Origin: a virus
Taxonomy: Duplodnaviria; Heunggongvirae; Uroviricota; Caudoviricetes
IMG/VR virus record: IMGVR_UViG_2681813321_000010
Length of the DNA stretch: 12,244 bases
Direction: 5' to 3' (one strand)
Shown: positions 6,105 to 12,244 of the stretch, in pieces
How positions within the stretch are numbered: the stretch's first letter is position 1
Layout of the letters: every line of letters starts with the position of its first letter
Translations under genes and position numbers: made by a program
Notes under the pieces: generated by a model
What the model saw: only the letters and a program-made list of their open reading frames with translations
Database searches by the model: none
What the model was told of the DNA's origin: nothing

Positions 6105-6332
6105 ATGCTTAAAGTTGACGCAATTACTTTTTTTGGCAGCAAAACAAAACTTGCCAATGCCGCAGGAGTGAAACTGGCAAGTGTTGCTGCATGGGGGGAA
6201 CTGGTTCCTGAAGGTCGCGCGATGCGCCTGCAAGAGGCATCCGGCGGGGAACTTCAGTACGACCCCAAAGTTTATGACGAATATCGTAAGGCAAAGCGGG
6301 CGGGGCGGTTGAACAATGAAAATCACCCCTGA
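6105..6332 (+). CDS. DicC/YdaS-family Cro-like regulator, second allele (75 aa from ATG 6105)
   Basis: An AGAGGGGG SD lies 5 nt upstream of ATG 6105; the ORF track starts at TTG 6102. The N-terminal HTH half is diverged from DicC. The C-terminal half (LVPEGRAMRLQEASGGELQYDPKVYDEYRK.KRAGRLNNENH) is nearly identical. Confidence 0.85.
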   Translation: MLKVDAITFFGSKTKLANAAGVKLASVAAWGELVPEGRAMRLQEASGGELQYDPKVYDEYRKAKRAGRLNNENHP

Positions 6333-6837
6333 ACAGGTTTGTGAGGCTCTGGATGCCTGGGTATGCCGACCAGGAATGACACAGGAGCAGGCGACGATAT
6401 TAATCACGGAAGCATTCTGGGCTCTGAAAGAACGCCCGAACATCGATGTTCAACGCGTCACGTTTAATGATGGCGAGGTTGATCAACGGGCGTTGGGCGT
6501 TAACCGGGTGAAGATATTCGAACGCTGGAAAGCTATCGACACCAGGGATAAGCGGGAAAAATTCACGGCGCTGATTCCGGCAATTATGGAGGCTATCCGG
6601 ATCAGCGATTTCAGGTTGTATTGTGAAATTACTGACGGAAAAAGCATTACGTACATGATCGCCGGGTTAAACAAAGAATATGGTGATGTGGTGGAGTCCG
6701 GGCTGCTTTTTGCGGATCCATCTGTTGTGGAACGTGAGACTGACGAGCTTATAGAAAAAGCTATTGCTTTCAAGCATGCGTATCGTCAGCAATACCAACA
6801 AAAAGCTGGATGGAATTATGAGCCTTCTTTTTGCTGA
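6316..6837 (+). CDS. YdaT-family (CII-like) early regulator, copy 2 (173 aa)
   Basis: Paralogue of 1939-2460 with few substitutions. It has the same 17-nt overlap with the upstream gene. Confidence 0.6.
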   Translation: MKITPEQVCEALDAWVCRPGMTQEQATILITEAFWALKERPNIDVQRVTFNDGEVDQRALGVNRVKIFERWKAIDTRDKREKFTALIPAIMEAIRISDFRLYCEITDGKSITYMIAGLNKEYGDVVESGLLFADPSVVERETDELIEKAIAFKHAYRQQYQQKAGWNYEPSFC

Positions 6838-7783
6838 ACGCCCACTGGTTATAAACACACAGCTTGCGATGAAGATTGGCTTAAATGAAGCCATTGTGTT
6901 GCAGCAGTTGCATTACTGGTTGAGAGATACCAGTTCCGGTATGGAATGTGACGGGGTTCGCTGGATTTATAACACAACAGAACAATGGCTGGAACAGTTC
7001 CCGTTCTGGTCAGAGTCAACGTTAAAACGCGCATTTGCAAGTCTGAAAACGCTGGGGCTTTTGCGTTGCGAAAAGCTCAACAAATCAAAGCGTGATATGA
7101 CTAATTTTTACACGATTAATTACGAGAGTGAGCTTTTAGATGGTGGCAAAGTGAGCGAATCCATCAGGTCAAAATGCGCCGCTCCATCGGGTCAAAATGA
7201 CACGATGGAAGAGGTCAAAATGGCACGCTCCATTGGTTCAAAACGACCCAATGTCATCGGGTCAAAATGGCCTGATGATCTTACAGAGAATACAACAGAG
7301 ATTACTACAGAGAATAAAAACACTTCTCGTCCGGAAGCTTCGCAACCGGACCCGCAGACGGCTGAACAGGATTTTTTAACCCGACACCCTGACGCGGTTG
7401 TGTTCAGTGCGAAAAAACGCCAGTGGGGAAGTCAGGAAGATTTGGCGTGCGCACAGTGGATCTGGGGACGAATCGTGAGTCTTTACGAGCAGGCTGCCAG
7501 CGATGATGGCGAGATCACGCGACCGAAAGAACCAAACTGGACCGCATGGGCCAATGACGTGCGCACAATGCGGATGCTGGATGGCAGAAGCCACAGACAA
7601 ATTTGCGAAATGTTTGGTCGGGTACAGCGAGATCCATTCTGGGTAAAAAACATCATGAGCCCGTCAAAGCTTCGCGAAAAATGGGACGACCTGGTCATCC
7701 GCCTGGGGCGTTCACCTGTACAGTGTTGTGTGAATCATATTTCTGAACCGGATACCGAAATTCCGCCTGGTTTCAGGGGATAA
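6818..7783 (+). CDS. Replication initiator, lambda O-like, copy 2 (321 aa)
   Basis: By my count there are 14 aa differences from copy 1 over 321 aa. It is intact and contains the second iteron array. Confidence 0.7.
   Translation: MSLLFAERPLVINTQLAMKIGLNEAIVLQQLHYWLRDTSSGMECDGVRWIYNTTEQWLEQFPFWSESTLKRAFASLKTLGLLRCEKLNKSKRDMTNFYTINYESELLDGGKVSESIRSKCAAPSGQNDTMEEVKMARSIGSKRPNVIGSKWPDDLTENTTEITTENKNTSRPEASQPDPQTAEQDFLTRHPDAVVFSAKKRQWGSQEDLACAQWIWGRIVSLYEQAASDDGEITRPKEPNWTAWANDVRTMRMLDGRSHRQICEMFGRVQRDPFWVKNIMSPSKLREKWDDLVIRLGRSPVQCCVNHISEPDTEIPPGFRG
7160..7322. repeat. Putative ori, module 2: five iterons plus an AT-rich tract
   Basis: ggtcaaaatg cores start near 7167, 7190, 7213 and 7260, with ggttcaaaacg at 7235. 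The same acagagaatacaacagagattactacagagaataaaaa tract follows. Confidence 0.6.
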
Positions 7784-7823
7784 GTGGTGATTTTAGGGCA
7801 TAAAGTAATGTTCAGGAGGACTT

Positions 7824-8231
7824 ATGGCAAAAGTATTTACACAGGAAGAGCGGGAAAAAATTAAAGGACAGGTGGTGGAACTCGTGCGCCAGAGCGGTCG
7901 TGAGACGTTACGGCAACTGGAAGCTAAAACAGGTGCGACAAGATATCTGATGAGCGTTCTTGCCAGAGAGCTGGTTGCCAGTGGTGATGTATATCACTCT
8001 GGCTATGGGGTGTTCCCGTCAGAACGGGCTCGTAAGGACTGGCAAAACGCCCGCAAAAAACTCTCGAGGGCAAAGGTGAAGAAACCTGTTGTGGTTGATC
8101 CGGGCCTTATCTGGACATTACCCGACGGAGAAATACGCCGCTACGACAGGCGTATGAACATAATCTGTCGCGAGTGCCGGAAGAGCGAAGTTATGCAGCG
8201 TGTATTGGCGTTCTATCAGGGATATGCCTAG
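7824..8231 (+). CDS. Conserved early-region protein of unknown function, copy 2 (135 aa, ATG start)
   Basis: A CAGGAGGA SD is present. It is the paralogue of 3447-3869 and differs mainly at the extreme C-terminus. Confidence 0.6.
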   Translation: MAKVFTQEEREKIKGQVVELVRQSGRETLRQLEAKTGATRYLMSVLARELVASGDVYHSGYGVFPSERARKDWQNARKKLSRAKVKKPVVVDPGLIWTLPDGEIRRYDRRMNIICRECRKSEVMQRVLAFYQGYA

Positions 8232-8599
8232 AATTGTCACAGGTAATGAAATTAAAGAGTATTGGTTCGGATATGAATTGACATTTTCGCGGCACAGAGC
8301 TAAAAATAGCCTACTTGTTGGTTTTGTGTGAAAAGCAGACATTTTGAGGCTCAGGATTTGTTATCAAATAAGACCAATACTTATCTATATTAATACACAT
8401 TAAATACTGTGCAATACATTATTGCATTTTATTAGATAAGCGATATTTAGGGAAAAGAAAAGTCATAGAAAACAGGCCGCTATTTGTTGTTGGATTTTAT
8501 AGGCTATATCTAGATTATCTTGCCACTGCGGTCTCTGTTTACCTAACAGCTTGGGCTTCTTTGCATGCAAGTTTGTAATAACAAGAGTAATCAAACGGA

Positions 8600-9631
8600 A
8601 TGTCTATTAATCCTAAACTTAAGCGTATCGCGCGACGCTATCCAGCGTTATTCCAATATGAGTCCCCCTATATGGCAAGAAAATTAATAATATTCGGCAA
8701 CGGTCTCGGTATGGCTTTAGATCCTGCTCACTTCTCCTTAGACAGAGCGTTGGAAGAAATTTGGCATCGCCCCAATTTTTTAAAAGATATCCACAAGCAA
8801 CTTATCGAGCGTTGTCTTCAGCGGCAAGGTCCACCAGAAGGAGAACATGAGTTGGATACCCTTCACCAGGCTGTCACATATTGTAAAGCTCTTGCTCAAA
8901 TTGGAGAGGGGAACGTGCATTGGCTTACTGAAGATGGACTAAACTTCCCCAAAATTACCGCCACTTATATTCACAAAGTTGCAACCAGGTTGCATAATTA
9001 CGATAAAGGTTTGCCACAAAGATTCGAAAATGCGCTTGTGGAGTTTGTAAAGAACACACACTCACATATCGCGACATTAAACTATGACAAATTATTATAC
9101 AATTCATTCATAGATAATGATATATTCAACGGGTATGATGGGGTTTTAGTTGATGGGATGCTAAGCCACGGATTTTCCTCTGCAGCGCTCGAACGGAAAT
9201 ACAATCGTAGGTTTGGTTATTATTTGCACTTGCATGGTTCACCACTATTTATTAATCAGCATGAAAATGTTTTAAAACTTTCACGCTCACAACTTACTCT
9301 TGACATAGATGAACCTAGTGAGCATATAGTGTTAACTCATATAAAAAGAAAACCGTCAGTTATAGCAGCATCTAATGTTCTTTCTACGTACTGGGATTAT
9401 TTGCAGTTTGCATTATTTGAATCAGAAGAAATAATATTGTTTGGTTACTCTGGTCTCGATATTCACCTTAACCTGCTTATTCGACCTTACCTAACCTCTA
9501 AGCCTTTAAGAGTAATTGAGTGGAGCGGTGCTGGTGAACAAAACGCTCGTGAGATATATTGGAAAAACCAGTTGAGACGGGAAGTTACTGTAATTAGGTT
9601 GGATAACATCACTGATTTTATTGATTGGTAG
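8600..9631 (+). CDS. Stand-alone SIR2-like (DHS-like NAD-binding fold, SIR2_2-type) protein, 343 aa; candidate defence NADase
   Basis: Four motifs occur in the order typical of prokaryotic SIR2_2 proteins. These are LIIFGNGLG (aa 29-37, cf. GAGxS), IATLNYDKLL (aa 157-166, cf. TTNYD), YLHLHGSP (aa 208-215, cf. xHLHG) and IILFGYSGLD (aa 278-287, cf. GYSxxD). The gene and its 370-bp upstream region are visibly AT-rich relative to the flanks. Confidence 0.6.
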   Translation: MSINPKLKRIARRYPALFQYESPYMARKLIIFGNGLGMALDPAHFSLDRALEEIWHRPNFLKDIHKQLIERCLQRQGPPEGEHELDTLHQAVTYCKALAQIGEGNVHWLTEDGLNFPKITATYIHKVATRLHNYDKGLPQRFENALVEFVKNTHSHIATLNYDKLLYNSFIDNDIFNGYDGVLVDGMLSHGFSSAALERKYNRRFGYYLHLHGSPLFINQHENVLKLSRSQLTLDIDEPSEHIVLTHIKRKPSVIAASNVLSTYWDYLQFALFESEEIILFGYSGLDIHLNLLIRPYLTSKPLRVIEWSGAGEQNAREIYWKNQLRREVTVIRLDNITDFIDW

Positions 9632-9701
9632 CGCAATGCGAAGTTAAAGAGGCAGCCTCATATTTATCAGAGCTGGTGTACGTCCAATACAGGAGGTTAT
9701 C

Positions 9702-9791
9702 GTGCTGGTTCTCAAATGCGCGCTGGCTATTGCGGCTGTAGTGGCAATTTATTGTCTTGCTATTGTTCTTATGGATCGCCTTTCTGATTGA
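9702..9791 (+). CDS. Candidate 29-aa hydrophobic peptide (VLVLKCALAIAAVVAIYCLAIVLMDRLSD)
   Basis: A perfect AGGAGG SD (9691-9696) lies 5 nt upstream of GTG 9702. The peptide has a single predicted TM-like helix plus a charged tail. No terminator is visible between it and the SIR2-like gene. Confidence 0.4.
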   Translation: MLVLKCALAIAAVVAIYCLAIVLMDRLSD

Positions 9792-9887
9792 TTTTATATT
9801 GGCGAGGTGACGGGAGTTAAGTAGAATTGCTGCGGGTGCTTGAGGCTGTCTGCCTCGGGCATGCCACCGTAAGGCAGACAGAGAAAA

Positions 9888-9955
9888 GCCCCAGTTAACA
9901 TTACGCGTCCTGCAAGACGCTTAACATTAATCTGAGGCCCAATCTATGCTTCACA
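9888..9955 (-). ncRNA. sok: Sok-like antisense RNA (approximate ends)
   Basis: On the minus strand: promoter TTGCCT (9989-9984), a 17-nt spacer, then TAACCT (9966-9961). The transcript would be antisense to the mok start and leader. It contains the hairpin gcgtc/gacgc (9905-9920) and then a cttttctc tail. Confidence 0.4.
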
Positions 9956-10158
9956 AACGTAGGTTAGCCTCTTACGCGCCGAAAGGCAAGGAGAAGCAGG
10001 CTATGAAGCAGCAAAAGGCGATGTTAATCGCCCTGATCGTCATCTGTTTAACCGTCATAGTGACGGCACTGGTAACGAGGAAAGACCTCTGCGAGGTACG
10101 AATCCGAACCGGCCAGACGGAGGTCGCTGTCTTCACAGCTTACGAACCTGAGGAGTAA
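9946..10158 (+). CDS. mok: Mok-like regulatory reading frame (70 aa, in-frame N-terminal extension of Hok)
   Basis: ORF MLHKRRLASYAPKGKEKQA followed by Hok. The arrangement resembles chromosomal mokC/hokC-type loci. Confidence 0.6.
   Translation: MLHKRRLASYAPKGKEKQAMKQQKAMLIALIVICLTVIVTALVTRKDLCEVRIRTGQTEVAVFTAYEPEE
10003..10158 (+). CDS. hokD: Hok-family type I toxin, HokD/RelF-like (51 aa)
   Basis: MKQQKAMLIALIVICLTVIVTALVTRKDLCEVRIRTGQTEVAVFTAYEPEE, recognised as K-12 HokD. A GGAG SD lies inside mok. Confidence 0.9.
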   Translation: MKQQKAMLIALIVICLTVIVTALVTRKDLCEVRIRTGQTEVAVFTAYEPEE

Positions 10159-10226
10159 GAGACCAGGCGGGGGAGAAATCCCTCGCCACCGCTGATGTGT
10201 CAGGCATCCTCAACGCACCCGCACTT

Positions 10227-10258
10227 AACCCGCTTCGGCGGGTTTTTGTTTTTATTTT
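10227..10258 (+). terminator. Rho-independent terminator of the hok mRNA
   Basis: Stem (aa)cccgc / gcggg(tt) with loop ttcg (10229-10242), followed by tttttgtttttatttt. Confidence 0.8.
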
Positions 10259-10374
10259 CAACGCATTTGAAGTTCTGGACGGTGTCGGAATAGAATCAAA
10301 AATACTTAAGTAGCGCGCAGGGATAAGAGGGATGGTCCCTTAAAGGGGAGAGCTAATTATCCGGAAGGATTCTG

Positions 10375-10626
10375 ATGATGAACATCGAAGAACTGCGTAA
10401 AATTTTTTGTGAAGATGGCCTCTATGCTGTGTGCGTTGAAAATGGAAATATTGTTAGTCATTACCGCATTGTGTGTTTGCGAAAGAATGGGGCTGCGTTA
10501 ATTAATTTTGTGGATGGTCGAGTGACAGACGGATTTATCTTGCGCGAAGGTGAGTTTGTCACTTCATTACAGGCACTGAAAGAGATCGGAATAAAAGCTG
10601 GCTTTTCTGCTTTTTCAGAAGAATAA
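10375..10626 (+). CDS. rem: Rem-like prophage protein (83 aa)
   Basis: MMNIEELRKIFCEDGLYAVCVENGN..., recognised as Qin Rem. A GGAAGGA SD is present. It lies next to hokD, as in K-12. Confidence 0.8.
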   Translation: MMNIEELRKIFCEDGLYAVCVENGNIVSHYRIVCLRKNGAALINFVDGRVTDGFILREGEFVTSLQALKEIGIKAGFSAFSEE

Positions 10627-10692
10627 ACTCATCTACAATCTTGCGCGGGGCTGAACTCCCGCTGAGTAACACCGTGCCGCCGGAGGAAACCG

Positions 10693-10971
10693 ATGGCACG
10701 CAACGCAAAATATTACAATCATGATAATTCGACCGTTCTTGCCCACACGCACGAGCGGTATTCTCACGCATTTAAGTCAGACTGGTACCAGCATCCCCCA
10801 TGCACTGAAGAACAGGCCGAATGGCTCATTCAGTGTTACCGCAGGCGCGGATGCGAGGTTAAAAAAGCCCTTAGCCTCGACTACCGTCACTGGATAATCT
10901 CCGTCGGGCTTCCTTACTCCGAACGCCCACCGCGTCTGTCCCGCACATTCCAGCAACGCATCTGGAGGTAA
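10693..10971 (+). CDS. Hypothetical prophage protein (92 aa)
   Basis: A GGAGGA SD lies 6 nt upstream. The stop is 1 nt before the ydfU GTG start, suggesting translational coupling. I recognise no family. Confidence 0.55.
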   Translation: MARNAKYYNHDNSTVLAHTHERYSHAFKSDWYQHPPCTEEQAEWLIQCYRRRGCEVKKALSLDYRHWIISVGLPYSERPPRLSRTFQQRIWR

Positions 10972-10972
10972 C

Positions 10973-12022
10973 GTGCGGGTATTACTTCGACCTGTTCTGG
11001 TACCGGAACTCGGGCTGGTGGTCCTTAAGCCCGGTCGCGAATCACTGCCGGTTTTTCATTGCGGCAGGGTGCTGGTGGAGCCGGAACCGAAAAGCATGCG
11101 CGGTCTGCCGTCCGGAGTCGTCCCTGCCGTTCGCCAGCCGCTGGCGGAGGATAAATCATTACTGCCATTTTTCAGCGATGAGCGTGTGATTCGTGCTGCT
11201 GGCGGCGCTGGCGCACTGTCTGACTGGCTCCTGCGTCATGTCAAATCCTGCCAGTGGCCTCATGGTGACTACCATCACAGTGAAACCGTCATACATCGTT
11301 ATGGTACCGGCGCAATGGTGTTGTGCTGGCACTGCGACAACCAGCTGCGCGACCAGACCTCCGAATCACTCGGGCAACTTGCTCACCAAAACCTGTCTGC
11401 ATGGATGATTGACGTCATACGCCATGCAATGAATGGCTCGCAGGAACGGGAATTATCGCTGGCTGAATTATCCTGGTGGGCGATCCGCAATCAGGTGGCG
11501 GACGCGCTACCGGAAGCGGTATTACGTCGTTCGCTGGGGTTGCGTGCGGAAAAAATCCGCTCAATGTACCGTGAAAGCGACATCGTACCGGGAGAGCAGA
11601 CCGCCACCAGCATACTGAAACAGCGCACAAAAAATCTTGCGCCGCTGCCTCACGCCCACCAGCAACAGAACCCGCCACAGGAAAAGACGGTGGTCAGCAT
11701 TGCTGTTGATCCGGAGTCTCCGGAATCTTTAATGAAGCGACCTAAACGTCGCCGTTGGGTAAATGAGAAATATACGCGCTGGGTAAAGACACAGCCGTGT
11801 GCGTGTTGTGGTAAGCCAGCCGACGATCCCCATCACCTGATTGGTCATGGTCAGGGCGGAATAGGGACAAAAGCCCACGATATTTTCACGCTACCGTTGT
11901 GCCGGGAGCATCACAACGAACTTCATGCTGATCCGCTGGCATTTGAAGAAAAGCATGGTTCCCAGATTGATTTAATTTTTCGTTTTCTTGATCGCGCCTT
12001 TGCAACCGGCGTGCTCGGGTAA
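10973..12022 (+). CDS. ydfU: YdfU, DUF968-family protein (349 aa) with a C-terminal Cys/His HNH-like motif
   Basis: MRVLLRPVLVPELGLVVLKPGRES..., recognised as Qin YdfU. The C-terminus reads CACCGKPADDPHHLIGHG...CREHHNELH. It has a GTG start preceded by GGAGG. Confidence 0.85.
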   Translation: MRVLLRPVLVPELGLVVLKPGRESLPVFHCGRVLVEPEPKSMRGLPSGVVPAVRQPLAEDKSLLPFFSDERVIRAAGGAGALSDWLLRHVKSCQWPHGDYHHSETVIHRYGTGAMVLCWHCDNQLRDQTSESLGQLAHQNLSAWMIDVIRHAMNGSQERELSLAELSWWAIRNQVADALPEAVLRRSLGLRAEKIRSMYRESDIVPGEQTATSILKQRTKNLAPLPHAHQQQNPPQEKTVVSIAVDPESPESLMKRPKRRRWVNEKYTRWVKTQPCACCGKPADDPHHLIGHGQGGIGTKAHDIFTLPLCREHHNELHADPLAFEEKHGSQIDLIFRFLDRAFATGVLG

Positions 12023-12034
12023 AAGAGGTTACTG

Positions 12035-12244
12035 ATGCGTATAGAGTTTGTTTTGCCTTACCCGCCGACGGTGAACACCTACTGGCGACGTCGTGGCAGC
12101 ACATATTTTGTGTCAAAAGCCGGTGAGCGTTATCGCCGGGATGTGGCACTTATTGTTCGCCAGCAGCGGCTGAAATTAAACCTGTCCGGAAGGCTGGCGA
12201 TAAAGATTATTGCAGAGCCACCGGATAAGCGCCGCCGCGACCTG
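12035..12244 (+). CDS. rusA: RusA-like Holliday-junction resolvase, 5' partial (runs off the window)
   Basis: Hand translation gives MRIEFVLPYPPTVNTYWRRRGSTYFVSKAGERYRRDVALIV...EPPDKRRRDL. The PDxRRRDL motif is typical of RusA. An AAGAGG SD lies at 12023-12028. Confidence 0.75.
   Translation, partial: MRIEFVLPYPPTVNTYWRRRGSTYFVSKAGERYRRDVALIVRQQRLKLNLSGRLAIKIIAEPPDKRRRDL

Noticed and set aside
6027-6443. 138-aa ORF on the minus strand spanning the module 2 operator region
   Set aside because: It runs antisense to the Cro-like and YdaT-like genes and through the promoter/operator spacer. It has no counterpart of that length in module 1 (only 1851-2066), so it is a shadow ORF.
74-8290. Whether the repeated DNA reflects an IS element, transposon, or CRISPR-like array
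   Set aside because: There is no transposase, no terminal inverted repeats and no target-site duplication at 74/4456. The repeat unit is 4.4 kb of phage genes. The short 23-bp-spaced repeats are iterons inside a coding region, not CRISPR repeats with spacers.
8118-8342. 74-aa ORF on the minus strand at the end of the 135-aa gene
   Set aside because: It overlaps the 3' end of the better-supported plus-strand gene and extends into AT-rich intergenic DNA. It has no SD and no homologue at the corresponding place in module 1.
8410-8426. Inverted repeat tgcaat-acatt-attgca followed by tttt, upstream of the SIR2-like gene
   Set aside because: The 6-bp AT-rich stem is too weak to call a terminator. 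It could be a regulator binding site, but there is no second copy or supporting context. It is left unannotated.
10559-10771. 70-aa minus-strand ORF bridging rem and the 92-aa gene
   Set aside because: It is antisense to two SD-preceded plus-strand genes and has no independent support.
11193-12149. ORFs inside or antisense to ydfU (11193-11408 plus, 11415-11678 minus, 11433-11618 plus, 11886-12149 minus)
   Set aside because: They are embedded in the recognisable 349-aa YdfU frame or span the ydfU/rusA junction on the wrong strand. Their biased composition is typical of off-frame translation of GC-rich coding DNA.

Overview
This window covers the early (immunity and replication) region through the nin-like region of a Qin/dicBF-type lambdoid prophage from an enterobacterium. 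From memory, gene order and translations match E. coli K-12 Qin: dicF, ydfC, ydfB, ydfA, dicA, dicC, then hokD, rem, ydfU and a rusA-like gene. The unusual part is that the whole immunity-plus-replication module occurs twice in direct tandem. Module 1 is about 74-3915 and module 2 about 4456-8290. Identity between them is mosaic. The dicF-ydfCBA segment is essentially identical (74-1130 vs 4456-5512, offset 4382). The immunity core is strongly diverged (1131-1826 vs 5513-6203: operators, DicA-family repressor, HTH half of the Cro-like DicC). The rest of the replication module is roughly 90% identical with mostly synonymous differences (1827-3915 vs 6204-8290, offset 4377: YdaT/CII-like gene, O-like initiator with internal ori iterons, and a 135-140 aa protein). 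All genes in both modules are intact. Downstream of each module sits a different AT-rich accessory gene with defence-like features. After module 1 it is a SMEK-domain N-terminal fragment, cut at 4455/4456 by the junction with module 2. After module 2 it is an intact 343-aa stand-alone SIR2-like protein (8600-9631), my best candidate for an undescribed defence gene. The window continues with a 29-aa hydrophobic ORF that has a perfect SD, a complete hok/mok/sok type I toxin-antitoxin locus, rem, a 92-aa unknown, ydfU (DUF968) and the 5' part of a RusA-like resolvase. No tRNA, rRNA, CRISPR array, transposase or integrase is visible.
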